From NCBI GenBank assembly GCA_965261735.1, contig OZ253470.1, forward strand, positions 3,776,001 through 3,840,000: 64,000 nt of DNA, written 5' to 3'. Within the stretch, counting starts at the first letter, position 1. Every line of letters begins with the position of its first letter. The DNA comes from Alphaproteobacteria bacterium (lineage in GTDB: Bacteria; Pseudomonadota; Alphaproteobacteria; SHVV01). The translations under genes and the position numbers were made by a program. This document shows positions 41,980-64,000 of the stretch, piece after piece. The notes beneath the pieces are model-generated. The model worked only from the letters and a program-made list of their open reading frames with translations. It had not been told where the DNA came from and made no database searches.

Positions 41980-42310
41980 TATGGCCTCCATCGTCGACGT
42001 CTCCGCCAACCGCACGATCATCGAAATCGGCGGCACGCGGGCGCGCGCCGTACTCGCCAAGGGCTGCAGCCTCGATCTGCATCCGCGCGCGTTTGCGGCC
42101 GGCCAATGCGCGCAGACGCTGCTCGCGCAGGCGCAGATCATCCTCCAGCAGACGGCCGAGGCGCCCACCTACCGCCTCTACGTGCGCTGCTCCTTCGCCC
42201 GCTACCTGGCTGCCTGGCTCCTCGACGCATGCGCGGAATACGCGAACCTCGCCGAGTCCGCGCCGGACGCGTATAGGCGCGCGCCCAACCCCCCTCGCGA
42301 CCCTTTCTGA
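41980..42310 (+). pseudogene. soxG: Sarcosine oxidase gamma subunit, C-terminal part
   Basis: VDVSANRT...LAKGCSLDLHP...CAQT...VRCSFARYL; upstream sequence unrelated. Confidence 0.8.
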
Positions 42311-43170
42311 TGCCTGCATCGCCATTGCTCGTCGACTTCCTCGCCTACTGCTCGGTAGAGACGACGCCCGGCGCTGTTGAGGCGTTCGCGGCGTCGCGCG
42401 ATCACCTGCCACCGGGAACGAGCGTGTACATCGTCGCACCGCCGGGCCGCGACCTCGCCGACGGAATCGCGGCCGCCATTCGGTTGCGCCGCGAGGGCTT
42501 CAATCCGGTGCCCCATATTCCGGCCCGCGGCATCGCAAGCCGTCGGCAGCTCGACGGCTGTCTCGCCCGCATGTGCGGCGAGGCCGCCGTCACGCAGGTG
42601 CTCGTCATAGGTGGCAGCGCCTTGGAGCCCGCCGGCCCCTATCGCTCGGCGATGCAGCTCTTGGAAACCGGCCTGCCCGGCAAACACGGCATCCGTACCA
42701 TCGGCATCGCCGGACATCCCGAGGGACATCCGACGGTCAGTGAGGCGGAAATGATGGACGCCCTGACCCAAAAGAAGAAGCTCGCCGAGCGGAGCGACGC
42801 GGCGTTCTACATCGTCACACAATTCTGCTTCGACCCGGCGGCGATCATCGGCTGGGACAGGCGCGTGGGCGGCAGCGCCAATCGACTTCCGGTCCACGTC
42901 GGCGTCCCGGGCCTGACCTCGCCGCAAGACCTGATCAGGTTCGCCGCGCTATGCGAGATTGGCCCCTCGGTGCGACTCCTGCGGCGAGAGACCGGCCGGC
43001 TCTTGCGCCTCGCCACCACATGGACGCCCGAGCCCCTGCTCGAAGAACTTGCGCGCTACCGGGCGAGCGATGCTAATTGCGCGATCGAGCGCGTCCACTT
43101 CTTCACCTTCGGCGGCGTCCGGCGAACGCTGCGCTGGCTCGCAGCGCTTCGCGAGCGCGATATCGATTGA
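42310..43170 (+). CDS. metF: Methylenetetrahydrofolate reductase-like protein
   Basis: SVETTP, PVPHIPAR, AGHPEGHP, VTQFCFD and HFFTFGG. Confidence 0.82.
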   Translation: MPASPLLVDFLAYCSVETTPGAVEAFAASRDHLPPGTSVYIVAPPGRDLADGIAAAIRLRREGFNPVPHIPARGIASRRQLDGCLARMCGEAAVTQVLVIGGSALEPAGPYRSAMQLLETGLPGKHGIRTIGIAGHPEGHPTVSEAEMMDALTQKKKLAERSDAAFYIVTQFCFDPAAIIGWDRRVGGSANRLPVHVGVPGLTSPQDLIRFAALCEIGPSVRLLRRETGRLLRLATTWTPEPLLEELARYRASDANCAIERVHFFTFGGVRRTLRWLAALRERDID

Positions 43171-43202
43171 GCGCCGGACGTCTCGACACACCGATGGAAG
43201 GA

Positions 43203-43277
43203 TGGTGCCGGATGGGGGATTCGAACTCCCGACCTGCTGATTACAAATCAGCTGCTCTACCGCTGAGCTAATCCGGC
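43203..43277 (-). tRNA. tRNA-Thr(TGT)
   Basis: GCCGGATTAGCTCAG...TTGTAA...GTTCGAATC...GGCACCA. Confidence 0.95.
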
Positions 43278-43351
43278 GTTGTTGTTCGTGTCCTAGAGGA
43301 TAAGGGGGTGGTGCCACGAGCGCAAAGCGGGTCGTGGGAGCGGGCGCCCGC

Positions 43352-44146
43352 TCAAGCGTCGCGCCGGAGTTCGTAGAGTGCGATCGCCGCGGCGGCCGAC
43401 GCGTTGAGGCTGGTCATGTCGGGCTCCGTCGGCAGCCGCGCCAGATCGTCGCAGCGCGCCGCCGTCAGCCGCCGCAGTCCACGTCCCTCGGCGCCGAGCA
43501 CCACGGCGATGGCGCCGGCGGGCGCCGCCTCGGCCAGCGGGGTGGCGGCCCCCGCGGCGAGTCCGAGGCGCCAATAGCCGAGGTCGGCGAGCGCCTCGAG
43601 GGCGCGGGCGAGGTTGGTCACGCGCACCAGCGGTACCCGCTCCAGCGCGCCCGAGGCGGCCTTGGCCAGCGCGCCGGTGGCGTCGGGGGCGTGGCGTGAC
43701 GTCGCAATCACCGCGCGCGCCCCGAACGCCGCCGCGCTACGCAGGATGGCGCCGACATTGCGCGGGTCGGTGAGGTGGTCGAGGACCACGACGACGGCGC
43801 GCCCGGGCCCCGACGGAACGGCGGCGAGGGCGAGGTCCGGCTCGGGTAGTGGCGCGACCTCGAGCGCGATACCCTGATGCGCCGCGCCCGGCGGCAGCAC
43901 GCGCGCGACCTCGGCACGACTCACGACATCGACCGTCGGACCCGGTGCATCGCTCCTCGCCAGCGCCTGCCCGAGCTCCGCCGCCGCCTCGCGCGTGGCC
44001 AGCGCGCGGTGGCAGCGGCGCGCTGGGTTTACCAGAGCCGCGCGTACGGCGTGGTGGCCGTAGAGCCACACGGTGCCGGTCTCGCGCCTCGGGGGCGGTC
44101 GGGGCCGCCCACCGGAGGGCGTATGAGAGCGCTTGCGTTTCGCCAT
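43352..44146 (-). CDS. rlmB: 23S rRNA Gm2251 methyltransferase RlmB (TrmH family)
   Basis: HQGIAL, DPRNVGAILRSA, GAEGRGLR and SLNAS. Confidence 0.9.
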   Translation of the reverse strand: MAKRKRSHTPSGGRPRPPPRRETGTVWLYGHHAVRAALVNPARRCHRALATREAAAELGQALARSDAPGPTVDVVSRAEVARVLPPGAAHQGIALEVAPLPEPDLALAAVPSGPGRAVVVVLDHLTDPRNVGAILRSAAAFGARAVIATSRHAPDATGALAKAASGALERVPLVRVTNLARALEALADLGYWRLGLAAGAATPLAEAAPAGAIAVVLGAEGRGLRRLTAARCDDLARLPTEPDMTSLNASAAAAIALYELRRDA

Positions 44147-44306
44147 TAAGCGGCATATTATCTGCGCTACGAGCAGGTTAACACATCCAATCAGGACAGC
44201 AACTGGCGGCCAACCGGCTGGCGGCGTGGGCCTTTGTGCGCTTCTTGCATGACACGGGAAGGGCGGGGATTCGCACCGCGCCGGTGCAGGTCTTCAATCT
44301 TTCTGC

Positions 44307-44392
44307 GGAGGGGTGGCCGAGTGGTTAAAGGCAGCAGACTGTAAATCTGCCGACGGATGTCTACGTAGGTTCGAATCCTACCCCCTCCACCA
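44307..44392 (+). tRNA. tRNA-Tyr(GTA)
   Basis: Long variable arm, CTGTAAA anticodon loop, CCA end. Confidence 0.96.
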
Positions 44393-44451
44393 TCCGCCCC
44401 GGGGTGGTCCGGGGGCGGGAGCCAGGAACACCGGCGATGGGAGACGTACCT

Positions 44452-44525
<74 letters not shown>

Positions 44526-44577
44526 CTCGGCTGGGCGTGCCCGTCGGGCTGATGCGGAAGAGGGACGAGGGTATTCG

Positions 44578-45768
<1,191 letters not shown>

Positions 45769-45807
45769 AACCGGCAGCCAGTCCGAGAGACGTGCTTGAC
45801 CCGTCGA

Positions 45808-45883
45808 AGGAGTGTAGCTCAATTGGCAGAGCACCGGTCTCCAAAACCGGGGGTTGTGGGTTCGAGTCCCGCCACTCCTGCCA
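45808..45883 (+). tRNA. tRNA-Trp(CCA)
   Basis: CTCCAAA anticodon loop; canonical position before secE. Confidence 0.96.
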
Positions 45884-45958
45884 CGCCGCGGCCTCGCGGG
45901 GCGGTGCGCGCGTGGGCACCCGAGTGCATCGCCTGATCCCGCGCGAGTAGGACGAGAC

Positions 45959-46156
45959 ATGGCAAAAACGAGCCCGCTCGAATTCATCCGCCAGGTGCGC
46001 CAGGAAACCGCCAAGGTCACGTGGCCGACGCGGAAGGAAACGGCGACGGCGACGCTACTGGTGCTGATCATGTCGTTCCTGGCGGCGATCTTCTTCTTTT
46101 TCCTCGACCAGCTGCTCTCGTTCGGGGTGCGCACCGTGCTCGGGCTCGGGGCTTGA
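45959..46156 (+). CDS. secE: Preprotein translocase SecE
   Basis: [10 protein letters not shown] plus one TM segment. Confidence 0.95.
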   Translation: MAKTSPLEFIRQVRQETAKVTWPTRKETATATLLVLIMSFLAAIFFFFLDQLLSFGVRTVLGLGA

Positions 46157-46162
46157 CCGCCG

Positions 46163-46693
46163 ATGGCGCTTCGCTGGTACATCATCCACGCCTATTCGGG
46201 CTTCGAGAAAAAGGTCGCGCAGTCGCTGCGCGAGCAGGCCGAAACCAAAGGCCTGACCGAGCGTATCGAGGAGGTGCTGGTCCCGGTCGAGGAGGTCGTC
46301 GAGGTTCGCCGCGGACGCAAGGTCAATGCCGAGCGCAAGTTCTTTCCGGGCTACGTGTTGGCCAAGCTCGACCTGACCGAGGATGTCTACCATCTGGTCA
46401 AGAACACGCCCAAAGTCACGGGCTTCCTCGGCGGCGGCGGCAAGCCCTCGCCGATCACACAGGCCGAGGCCGACCGTATTCTGCGCCAAGTGCGCGAGGG
46501 CGTCGACCGGCCCAAGCCTTCGATCACTTTCGATATCGGCGAGCAGGTGCGGGTCTGTGATGGGCCTTTCACATCGTTCAACGGCTTCGTCGAGGACGTC
46601 GACGAGGAGCGCGCCCGGCTCAAGGTCGCGGTGTCGATCTTCGGTCGCCCGACGCCGGTGGAGCTCGAGTTCGCCCAGGTCGAAAAGACCTAG
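46163..46693 (+). CDS. nusG: Transcription factor NusG
   Basis: FFPGYV, TPKVTGF and KOW domain. Confidence 0.98.
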   Translation: MALRWYIIHAYSGFEKKVAQSLREQAETKGLTERIEEVLVPVEEVVEVRRGRKVNAERKFFPGYVLAKLDLTEDVYHLVKNTPKVTGFLGGGGKPSPITQAEADRILRQVREGVDRPKPSITFDIGEQVRVCDGPFTSFNGFVEDVDEERARLKVAVSIFGRPTPVELEFAQVEKT

Positions 46694-46725
46694 CGCCAGC
46701 GCAGACGAAAACATGACGAGCGGAC

Positions 46726-47154
46726 ATGGCCAAGAAGATTGACGGATACATCAAGCTCCAGGTGCCGGCGGGGCAGGCCACGCCGTCGCCGCCGATCGGT
46801 CCGGCGCTCGGCCAGCGCGGCGTGAACATCATGGAGTTCTGCAAGGCGTTCAACGCGCACACCCAACAGCTCGAGGCGGGCGTGCCTATTCCAACGGTGA
46901 TCACCGTCTATGCGGACCGCTCCTTCAGCTTCGAGACCAAGACGCCGCCCGCCTCGTTCCTGATCAAGCGCGCGGCGCTGGCCAGTAAGGGTGCGGCGGA
47001 GCCGGGGCGGGAGATGGTCGGTCAGGTGACGATGGGCCAGCTGCGCGAGATCGCCGAGCAGAAGATGGCCGATCTCAACGCCTACGACATCGAGGCGGCG
47101 TGCCGCATGCTCGCCGGGTCGGCGCAGTCGATGGGCATCGAGGTGAAGGAGTAG
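46726..47154 (+). CDS. rplK: 50S ribosomal protein L11
   Basis: [21 protein letters not shown]. Confidence 0.98.
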   Translation: MAKKIDGYIKLQVPAGQATPSPPIGPALGQRGVNIMEFCKAFNAHTQQLEAGVPIPTVITVYADRSFSFETKTPPASFLIKRAALASKGAAEPGREMVGQVTMGQLREIAEQKMADLNAYDIEAACRMLAGSAQSMGIEVKE

Positions 47155-47158
47155 GAAG

Positions 47159-47857
47159 ATGGCGGGTGCGGGCAAAAGGCTTGGATCGGCGCGGCAGTCG
47201 GTCGATCGGACGCAGCTCTACGCCGCCGAGGAGGCCGTCGGCTTGGTCAAGGCTGGCGCGAAGGCCAAGTACGACGAAACGGTCGAGGTGGCCCTCAACC
47301 TCGGGGTCGACCCACGCCACGCCGATCAGATGGTCCGCGGCGTGGTCCAGCTCCCCAACGGCACCGGCAAGGCGGTACGCGTCGCCGTGTTCGCCAAGGG
47401 CGACAAGGCCGAGGAAGCCAAGACCTCAGGCGCCGATGTGGTTGGCGCCGAGGACCTGGCCGAGCGTATCCAGGGCGGCGCGATCGATTTCGACCGCTGC
47501 ATCGCGACGCCCGACATGATGGCGGTGGTGGGCAAGCTCGGCAAGATTCTTGGGCCGCGCGGCCTGATGCCCAACCCCAAGGTCGGCACGGTGACGGCCA
47601 ACGTCGCCGAGGCCGTGTTGGCGGCCAAGGGTGGTCAGGTCGAGTTCCGCGCCGAGAAGGCGGGAATCGTGCATGCCGGGATCGGCAAGGCGAGTTTCTC
47701 CGAGGAGGCGATACTCGAGAACCTGCGCGCCTTCGTGGACGCTGTGATGCGCGCCAAGCCGGCCGGCGCCAAGGGCACGTACGTAAAGAAGATGGCACTG
47801 ACCTCGAGCGTCGGGCCCGGAATCAAAATCGATATCGCCAGCGTCGGCGCCGCCTAG
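47159..47857 (+). CDS. rplA: 50S ribosomal protein L1
   Basis: DQMVRG and [11 protein letters not shown]. Confidence 0.98.
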   Translation: MAGAGKRLGSARQSVDRTQLYAAEEAVGLVKAGAKAKYDETVEVALNLGVDPRHADQMVRGVVQLPNGTGKAVRVAVFAKGDKAEEAKTSGADVVGAEDLAERIQGGAIDFDRCIATPDMMAVVGKLGKILGPRGLMPNPKVGTVTANVAEAVLAAKGGQVEFRAEKAGIVHAGIGKASFSEEAILENLRAFVDAVMRAKPAGAKGTYVKKMALTSSVGPGIKIDIASVGAA

Positions 47858-47894
47858 GGCGCGGTGCCTTTATCGGAATTGTGGAGCTGATCAC

Positions 47895-48419
47895 GTGGAA
47901 CGGGTGCGCAAAGAAGCCTTCGTCGCGGAGCTGAACCAGACGCTGCGCGATACCCCGACGGTCCTGCTGGCCCACTACAAGGGCCTCAGCGTCGCCGAGA
48001 TGGGCGAGCTCAGGAGGGACATGCGCAATGCCGGCGCGCGATTCCGCGTGACCAAAAACCGGCTCGCGCGCCGCGCCGTCGCCGACACGAAGTATGCGCC
48101 GCTCGCGGACATGTTCAATGGACCCACGGCCATCGCCTATGCCGACGATCCGGTCGCCCTGGCCAAGGCGGCCGTGGACTACGCGCGCAAGAACGGCAAG
48201 CTGGTCGTGCTCGGCGGCGCCATCGGCGAGGACCTGCTCGATGCCGACGCCGTCAGGACGCTGGCCGCGCTGCCGTCCCTAGAGGTCCTGAGGGCCACGA
48301 TCGTGGGCCTGCTCCAGGCGCCGGCCACGAGCCTCGCGGTGCTGCTGCAGGCGCCGGCCGCCCAGATCGCGCGCGTCATTGCCGCCCGGGCCGAGACCGA
48401 GGCCGAGACGAAGGATTGA
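47895..48419 (+). CDS. rplJ: 50S ribosomal protein L10
   Basis: YKGLSV, VTKNRLA and GPTAIA. Confidence 0.96.
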   Translation: MERVRKEAFVAELNQTLRDTPTVLLAHYKGLSVAEMGELRRDMRNAGARFRVTKNRLARRAVADTKYAPLADMFNGPTAIAYADDPVALAKAAVDYARKNGKLVVLGGAIGEDLLDADAVRTLAALPSLEVLRATIVGLLQAPATSLAVLLQAPAAQIARVIAARAETEAETKD

Positions 48420-48471
48420 CCGGCGCACCTGCGCCCGCGTCGCACACGTTGTAATCGAGGAGAACGAGACG

Positions 48472-48852
48472 ATGGCTGACTTGCAGAAGATCGCGGACGA
48501 CCTATCTTCACTTACGGTGATCGAGGCCGCCGATCTGGCCAAGCTTCTCGAGGAGAAGTGGGGCGTTTCGGCGGCGGCTCCCGTGGCCGTTGCGGCGCCC
48601 GGTGCCGCGACCGCGGCGGATGCGGAAGCGGCTGAGGAACAGACCGAGTTCACCGTCGTTCTCGCCGCCTTTGGCGAAAAAAAGATCAACGTGATCAAGG
48701 AAGTGCGGGCCATTACCAGTCTCGGCCTCAAGGAGGCCAAGGACCTCGTCGAAGCTGCGCCGAAGGAAGTCAAGGAAGGCATTCCCAAGGACGAGGCCGA
48801 CAAGATCAAGGAACAGCTCGAGTCGGCGGGCGCCACGGTTGAGATCAGATAG
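48472..48852 (+). CDS. rplL: 50S ribosomal protein L7/L12
   Basis: KINVIKEVR and [11 protein letters not shown]. Confidence 0.98.
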   Translation: MADLQKIADDLSSLTVIEAADLAKLLEEKWGVSAAAPVAVAAPGAATAADAEAAEEQTEFTVVLAAFGEKKINVIKEVRAITSLGLKEAKDLVEAAPKEVKEGIPKDEADKIKEQLESAGATVEIR

Positions 48853-49037
48853 GGCCGCATCAACGCGCTCGTGCCACCGTTTCTTGCAGGGCCCTCCCAG
48901 CCGGCGCCGATCGAATCGGCGCGGGCCGGCGGTCGCCCGCGCGTGATGGTGGAATCGCCCACTCTCGAGAGCGCTAACGGCGCAAGGGCCGGACCCCTGG
49001 CGGGGCCCGGCCCACGGCGCCGAGCCGAGGACAAGGA

Positions 49038-53132
<4,095 letters not shown>

Positions 53133-53143
53133 CGCTTGAGTAA

Positions 53144-57391
<4,248 letters not shown>

Positions 57392-57711
57392 TCGAGCGGC
57401 CGCGCGGCGGCTCTCTGTCGCGCGGTCGCAGCGGGGACACCGGACTGCATGGGGGCGCGCCTCGCGCGAAGTCCGCGTGCGGCCGGAAAGCGTTGGGAAA
57501 TCACCGTTTTGGCTTGACGGGCTCAGACCGCGTCACTACGATGCGGCCTCCTGGACGCAGCGTAGCCAGGCCTTAATACGGGCGCCGCGTCAGGCTCTTT
57601 TTGAGCTAGGTTCGACAGGTCAGGAGCGGGTGACGGCGCTGGGCGGCGAACTACATAGTTCGTCGCCGTTGCGTGCTTGGCACCAGTGTCCGAGGGCGAC
57701 GGGTAAACGGA

Positions 57712-58083
57712 ATGCCGACAGTTAACCAATTGATTCGCAAGCCGCGCATCAAGCAGGTGGCGCGCAACAAGGTGCCGGCCCTGGTCGGATGCCCGCAGAA
57801 ACGAGGGGTCTGCACGCGCGTCTACACGACGACGCCGAAAAAGCCCAACTCGGCCTTGCGCAAGGTCGCCCGCGTGCGGCTGACCAACGGCTACGAGGTG
57901 ACGAGCTACATCCCCGGGGAGGGGCACAACCTTCAGGAACACTCTGTGGTCATGATTCGCGGCGGACGGGTCAAGGACCTACCCGGCGTGCGATACCACG
58001 TGATCCGCGGCGTTCTCGATACCCAAGGCGTCAGCGACCGCCGCCAGCGGCGATCGAAGTACGGCGCCAAGCGGCCCAAATAG
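57712..58083 (+). CDS. rpsL: 30S ribosomal protein S12
   Basis: [10 protein letters not shown] and RVKDLPG. Confidence 0.99.
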   Translation: MPTVNQLIRKPRIKQVARNKVPALVGCPQKRGVCTRVYTTTPKKPNSALRKVARVRLTNGYEVTSYIPGEGHNLQEHSVVMIRGGRVKDLPGVRYHVIRGVLDTQGVSDRRQRRSKYGAKRPK

Positions 58084-58090
58084 GCCCGCC

Positions 58091-58561
58091 ATGTCCCGCC
58101 GCCGTGCCGCCGAGAAGCGGGTCGTGTTCGCCGACCCCAAATACTCCGATCAGGTCCTCACCAAGTTCATGAACTCGCTCATGTTTGCGGGCAAGAAATC
58201 GACGGCCGAGGGCATCGTCTACGGCGCGCTCGAGCGCATCGAGAAGCGCACTGGCCAGGACGCGATCAAGGTGTTTCACGAGGCCCTCGGGAACGTCAAG
58301 CCGGGCGTCGAAGTGCGCTCGCGCCGCGTCGGCGGCGCCACCTATCAGGTGCCGGTCGAGGTGCGCAGCGACCGCGGTCAGGCGCTCGCCATCCGCTGGT
58401 TGATCTCGGCGGCGCGTGGGCGCTCGGAGAAGACGATGACGGAGCGGTTGTCGGGCGAGCTGCTCGAGGCCGCCGAGCAACGCGGCTCGGCCGTCAAAAG
58501 GCGCGAAGACACCCATCGCATGGCGGACGCCAACAAGGCGTTCTCCCACTACCGTTGGTAG
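58091..58561 (+). CDS. rpsG: 30S ribosomal protein S7
   Basis: [11 protein letters not shown]. Confidence 0.99.
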   Translation: MSRRRAAEKRVVFADPKYSDQVLTKFMNSLMFAGKKSTAEGIVYGALERIEKRTGQDAIKVFHEALGNVKPGVEVRSRRVGGATYQVPVEVRSDRGQALAIRWLISAARGRSEKTMTERLSGELLEAAEQRGSAVKRREDTHRMADANKAFSHYRW

Positions 58562-58581
58562 ATTGTTCAGGTTCCGCCGCC

Positions 58582-60657
58582 ATGCCCCGGATCACGCCCC
58601 TTCAGCGCTATCGCAATATCGGCATCATGGCCCACATCGATGCCGGCAAGACCACGACCACCGAGCGCATCCTTTACTACACCGGCCGCTCCCACAAGAT
58701 GGGCGAGGTGCACGACGGCGCCGCGACGATGGATTGGATGGCGCAGGAGCAGGAGCGCGGCATCACCATCACCGCGGCGGCGACGACCTGCTTCTGGCGC
58801 GATCACCGTATCAACATCATCGACACGCCGGGCCACGTTGACTTCACGATCGAGGTCGAGCGGGCGCTGCGCGTACTCGACGGCGCGGTCGCGCTGTTCG
58901 ACAGCGTGGCCGGGGTTGAGCCCCAGTCCGAGACGGTGTGGCGACAGGCCGATCGTTATGGTGTCCCGCGCATCTGTTTCGTCAACAAGATGGACCGGCT
59001 CGGCGCCGATCTCTTTCGCTGCGTCGATATGATTGCCGATCGCCTCGGCGCGGCGCCGCTGTTGGTGCAACTGCCCGTGGGCGCCGAGGGCAATTATCGC
59101 GGTGTCGTCGACCTTGTGACCATGAAGGCCGCCGTGTGGAACGACGAAACCCTGGGCGCCGAGTTCGTGGTCCAGGACATTCCCGCGGACATGGTGGGCC
59201 AGGCGGCCGAGTGCAGGACCCAGCTCATCGAGCGCGTCGTCGATCAGGTCGACTCGGTTCTCGAAGCTTATCTCGAGGGCCACGAGCCGGACGCGGACGC
59301 GCTCCGCCGTTGCATTCGCGCCGGAACGCTGGCCGGTGCGTTCGTCCCCGTCCTCAACGGCTCCGCGTTCAAGAACAAGGGCGTTCAGTTGCTGCTGGAC
59401 GCGGTGGTCGACTACCTTCCGGCGCCGACCGATGTCGCTTCCGTGCACGGCGTCGTGGCCGGCACCGAAATCCCGGCCGTGCGCAGGTCCGACGACGACG
59501 AGCCGTTCGCGGCGCTCGCCTTCAAGATCATGACCGACCCCTACGTCGGCTCGCTCACCTTCGCCCGCATCTATTCGGGCGTCCTCGAGAGTGGTAGCGC
59601 CGTCCGCAATGCGGTCAAGGGCAAGCGCGAACGCATCGGCCGCATGCTGCAGATGCACGCCAACTCGCGCGAGGACGTGAAAGAGGCGCGCGCCGGCGAC
59701 ATCATTGCGCTCGCCGGCCTCAAGCACACCAAGACCGGCGACACGCTGTGCGATCCGGCGCACCCCGTCGTGCTGGAGAGCCTCGAGTTTCCCGATCCCG
59801 TCATAGAGATCGCGGTTGAGCCCAAGACCAAGAACGATCAGGAGCGCATGGCCGAGGCCCTGACTCGCATCGCCGAGGAGGATCCGTCCTTCCGCGTCAC
59901 GCTCGATCAGGAGACCGGGCAGACCGTGATCAAGGGGATGGGCGAGCTCCATCTCGAGGTCATCGTCGACCGGCTACGCCGCGAGTTCCGCGTCGAGGCC
60001 AATGTCGGCGCCCCCCAGGTCGCCTATCGCGAGACGATCACTCGGACGGCCGAGATTACCTACACCCACCGCAAGCAGACGGGCGGCGCCGGCCAGTTCG
60101 CCGAGGTCACGCTCGTTTTCGAGCCGCTGCCGAGCGGCTCCGGCGTCGAGTTCGAGAGCAAGGTCGTGGGCGGGTCGGTCCCCAGGGAGTTCGTGGGCGC
60201 GGTGCAGAAGGGTATCCGCGCGGTCGCCGACGGCGGCATCCTGGCCGGCTTCCCGGTGATCGATTTCAAGGTCTCGCTGGTTGATGGGGCGAGCCACGAC
60301 GTCGATTCGAGCAGCCTGGCGTTCGAAATCGCCGCGATACAGGCTTTTCGCGAGGTCACGCCTCGGGTCGGGCCCAAGCTCCTGGAGCCGATGATGCGGG
60401 TCGAGGTCGTGACTCCGAGCGACTATCTTGGCGATATCATGGGCGATCTGTCGAGCCGGCGCGGTCACATGACGGGCAGTGAGCCGCGCGACCACCTCAC
60501 CGGGGTCAGCGCCATGGTGCCGCTGGCCAACATGTTTGGCTACGTCAACGGATTGCGCTCGATGAGCCAGGGCCGCGCCCAGTTCACGATGACGTTCGAT
60601 CACTATGAGCAGATACCGGAATCGGTGTCTGAGGAAGTCAGGGCGAAGCTCGCCTAA
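58582..60657 (+). CDS. fusA: Elongation factor G
   Basis: [17 protein letters not shown] and GMGELHL. Confidence 0.99.
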   Translation: MPRITPLQRYRNIGIMAHIDAGKTTTTERILYYTGRSHKMGEVHDGAATMDWMAQEQERGITITAAATTCFWRDHRINIIDTPGHVDFTIEVERALRVLDGAVALFDSVAGVEPQSETVWRQADRYGVPRICFVNKMDRLGADLFRCVDMIADRLGAAPLLVQLPVGAEGNYRGVVDLVTMKAAVWNDETLGAEFVVQDIPADMVGQAAECRTQLIERVVDQVDSVLEAYLEGHEPDADALRRCIRAGTLAGAFVPVLNGSAFKNKGVQLLLDAVVDYLPAPTDVASVHGVVAGTEIPAVRRSDDDEPFAALAFKIMTDPYVGSLTFARIYSGVLESGSAVRNAVKGKRERIGRMLQMHANSREDVKEARAGDIIALAGLKHTKTGDTLCDPAHPVVLESLEFPDPVIEIAVEPKTKNDQERMAEALTRIAEEDPSFRVTLDQETGQTVIKGMGELHLEVIVDRLRREFRVEANVGAPQVAYRETITRTAEITYTHRKQTGGAGQFAEVTLVFEPLPSGSGVEFESKVVGGSVPREFVGAVQKGIRAVADGGILAGFPVIDFKVSLVDGASHDVDSSSLAFEIAAIQAFREVTPRVGPKLLEPMMRVEVVTPSDYLGDIMGDLSSRRGHMTGSEPRDHLTGVSAMVPLANMFGYVNGLRSMSQGRAQFTMTFDHYEQIPESVSEEVRAKLA

Positions 60658-60702
60658 GGGCGTGCCCGTCGGGCTGATGCGGAAGAGGGACGAGGGTATT
60701 CG

Positions 60703-61893
<1,191 letters not shown>

Positions 61894-61937
61894 AACCGGC
61901 AGCCAGTCCGAGAGACGTATAGGTATCGAGAGCAGAG

Positions 61938-62246
61938 ATGGATAGTCAGAACATTCGCATCCGACTGAAGGCTTTCGATCACCGCGTGCTCGATCAGTCG
62001 ACGAGCGAGATCGTCAGTACCGCGAAGCGCACGGGCGCCGAGGTCCGCGGGCCCATTCCGCTACCCACCAAGATCGAGAAATTCACGGTCCTGCGCTCGC
62101 CCCATATCGACAAGAAATCGCGCGAGCAGTTCGAAATCCGCACCCATCGACGCCTCCTCGACATCGTCGATCCCACGCCCCAGACCGTGGACGCGCTGAT
62201 GAAGCTCGACCTCGCGGCGGGCGTCGACGTCGAGATCAAGCTGTAG
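61938..62246 (+). CDS. rpsJ: 30S ribosomal protein S10
   Basis: [10 protein letters not shown] and GPIPLPT. Confidence 0.99.
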   Translation: MDSQNIRIRLKAFDHRVLDQSTSEIVSTAKRTGAEVRGPIPLPTKIEKFTVLRSPHIDKKSREQFEIRTHRRLLDIVDPTPQTVDALMKLDLAAGVDVEIKL

Positions 62247-62255
62247 GGGCGTGTG

Positions 62256-63020
62256 ATGCGGACCGGTTTGCTCGCCCGTAAGCTTGGCATGACCCGCGTT
62301 TTCGCCGCGGACAGCCGGCACGTGCCGGTCACCGTGCTCAGCGTGGAGGGGTGCCGCGTGGTGGCCCGCCTCAGTCAGGAAAAGAACGGCTACGACGCCC
62401 TGCAGCTCGGCGCTGGGAAGGCGCGGGTCAAGAATGTCGGCAAAGCCATGCGCGGCCACTTCGCGAAGGCGCAAGTCGAGCCGACGATGAAGCTCGCCGA
62501 GTTTACCATCGCGCCCGAGGCCGCCGTCGAGGTCGGCGCCGAGCTGTCGGCCAGCCACTTCGTGCCCGGTCAGCGCGTCGACGTGGTCGGCACGTCGATC
62601 GGCAAGGGCTTTGCCGGCAGCATGAAGCGCCATAATTTCAAGGGGCTCGAAGCCACGCACGGCGTGTCGGTGTCGCACCGCTCGCACGGCTCGACCGGCA
62701 ACCGCCAGGATCCGGGCCGCGTGTTCAAGGGCAAGAAGATGGCCGGGCACCTCGGCGACGAACGGGTGAGCATCCAGAACCTGGAGGTGGTGGCGGTCGA
62801 CGAGGCGCGCGACCTCATCATGGTGAAGGGGGCGGTGCCGGGCGCCAAGGGGGGCTGGGTACGGGTTTCGGACGCGGTCAAGGCGCGGCGGCCCGAGGAG
62901 GCGCCCTTTCCGGCGGCGATCAAGTCGGCCGGAGGCGCCGCGGCGGTCGAGGCGGAGCAGGCGGTGCCTGATGAGGGCAACGCCGATACGGCGGGCGAAA
63001 GCCCGGCTGAGGCGTCATGA
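62256..63020 (+). CDS. rplC: 50S ribosomal protein L3
   Basis: KLGMTR, GKGFAG and GKKMAGH. Confidence 0.98.
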   Translation: MRTGLLARKLGMTRVFAADSRHVPVTVLSVEGCRVVARLSQEKNGYDALQLGAGKARVKNVGKAMRGHFAKAQVEPTMKLAEFTIAPEAAVEVGAELSASHFVPGQRVDVVGTSIGKGFAGSMKRHNFKGLEATHGVSVSHRSHGSTGNRQDPGRVFKGKKMAGHLGDERVSIQNLEVVAVDEARDLIMVKGAVPGAKGGWVRVSDAVKARRPEEAPFPAAIKSAGGAAAVEAEQAVPDEGNADTAGESPAEAS

Positions 63021-63637
63021 AGGCCAAGGTGACAACGCTCGACAACAAGAGCGGTGGCACGATCGAGCTCGCCGATTCGGTGTTCGGCGTGGGCGCTCGG
63101 CCCGACATTCTGCACCGCGTCGTCACGTGGCAGCTGGCCAAGCGTCGCGCCGGCACCCACAAGATCAAGACGGTGCGCGAGATCGCGGGCTCCGGCGCCA
63201 AGATCTACCGCCAGAAGGGCACCGGCCGGGCTCGCCACAGCACGCGCCGCGAGAACATTTTTCGTGGCGGCGCCAAGGCCTTCGGGCCGGTGCTACGCAG
63301 CCACGCGTACGGCCTACAGAAGAAGGTGCGCAAGCTCGGGCTGAGGATGGCCCTGTCGAGCAAGCAGGCCGCGGGCGAGCTGTCGATTCTCGATAACGCC
63401 GGTCTCGAGGCCGGTAAGTCGAAGCTCCTGGCAGGCAAGCTCGCCGCCCTGGGGTGGGCCTCGGCGCTCATTATCGATGGCCCCGAGATCGACACCAACC
63501 TCAAGCGCGCCGCATCCAATCTGCCGGGAATCGACGTCCTCCCGGAGCAAGGCGCCAATGTCTACGACATTCTCCGCTGCGGCCGGTTGGTGCTCACGCG
63601 TGCGGCCGTGGAGCGGCTCGAGGCGCGCCTGGCATGA
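63017..63637 (+). CDS. rplD: 50S ribosomal protein L4
   Basis: [10 protein letters not shown]. Confidence 0.98.
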   Translation: MKAKVTTLDNKSGGTIELADSVFGVGARPDILHRVVTWQLAKRRAGTHKIKTVREIAGSGAKIYRQKGTGRARHSTRRENIFRGGAKAFGPVLRSHAYGLQKKVRKLGLRMALSSKQAAGELSILDNAGLEAGKSKLLAGKLAALGWASALIIDGPEIDTNLKRAASNLPGIDVLPEQGANVYDILRCGRLVLTRAAVERLEARLA

Positions 63638-63927
63638 ACCCCGAGCGCAAATACGATATCATCCGGGGCCCGGTGATCACCGAGAAGTCGACCCGCGGCT
63701 CGGAGTGGAACCAGGTCACCTTTCGCGTCGCCATAGACGCCACCAAGGCCGACATCAAGGAGGCGGTGGAAGCGCTCTTCGACGTCAAGGTGGTCGGTGT
63801 CAATACCCTCCGGGTGAAGGGCAAGACCAAGCGCTTCAGGGGCCGCTCCGGGCGCCGACCAGATGCCAAAAAGGCGATCGTCCGCCTCGAGGAAGGCCGC
63901 TCGATCGACATCACGGCGGGGATCTAG
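63634..63927 (+). CDS. rplW: 50S ribosomal protein L23
   Basis: PVITEKS, KGKTKRF and KKAIVRL. Confidence 0.97.
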   Translation: MNPERKYDIIRGPVITEKSTRGSEWNQVTFRVAIDATKADIKEAVEALFDVKVVGVNTLRVKGKTKRFRGRSGRRPDAKKAIVRLEEGRSIDITAGI

Positions 63928-63930
63928 GGC

Positions 63931-64000
63931 ATGGCGCTCAAGAACTACAGACCCACCACCTCATCGCGCCGCGGTCTCGTCCTCGTCGACCGCTCGGCCC
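63931..64000 (+). CDS. rplB: 50S ribosomal protein L2, partial (runs off window)
   Basis: MALKNYRPTTSSRRGLVLVDRS; S10 operon order. Confidence 0.93.
   Translation, partial: MALKNYRPTTSSRRGLVLVDRSA

Noticed and set aside
48853-49037. GC-rich hairpins between rplL and rpoB, and between rpoC and rpsL
   Set aside because: Ordinary attenuator-like structure; no recognisable RNA family can be supported.

Overview
GC-rich alphaproteobacterial chromosome segment with two halves. Positions ~1-43200 are a heavily eroded accessory region lying 3' of tRNA-Thr(TGT). It holds three tyrosine recombinases, eight whole or partial copies of one IS1595 element, a second IS1595 with a passenger gene, and IS21, IS630, IS3, IS256 and ISL3 remnants, plus many deleted or fused pseudogenes. 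Intact cargo includes amtB, a divergent P-II, a STAS protein, a convergent REC-PP2C/RsbW/SBP/histidine kinase operon, glutamine synthetase III, a HigBA-like TA pair and a SprT-like protein. Positions ~43200-64000 are core genes (rlmB, tRNAs, tuf, secE-nusG-rplKAJL-rpoBC, rpsLG-fusA-tuf, start of the S10 operon). Highlight 1: an IS1111-type (IS110 family) element whose 3' non-coding end contains readable bridge/seek-RNA guide segments matching both its reconstituted target site and its own circle junction. Highlight 2: a candidate nitrogen-linked partner-switching signalling system that lacks a sigma factor. Gene calls rest on motif recognition by eye; no database searches were run.
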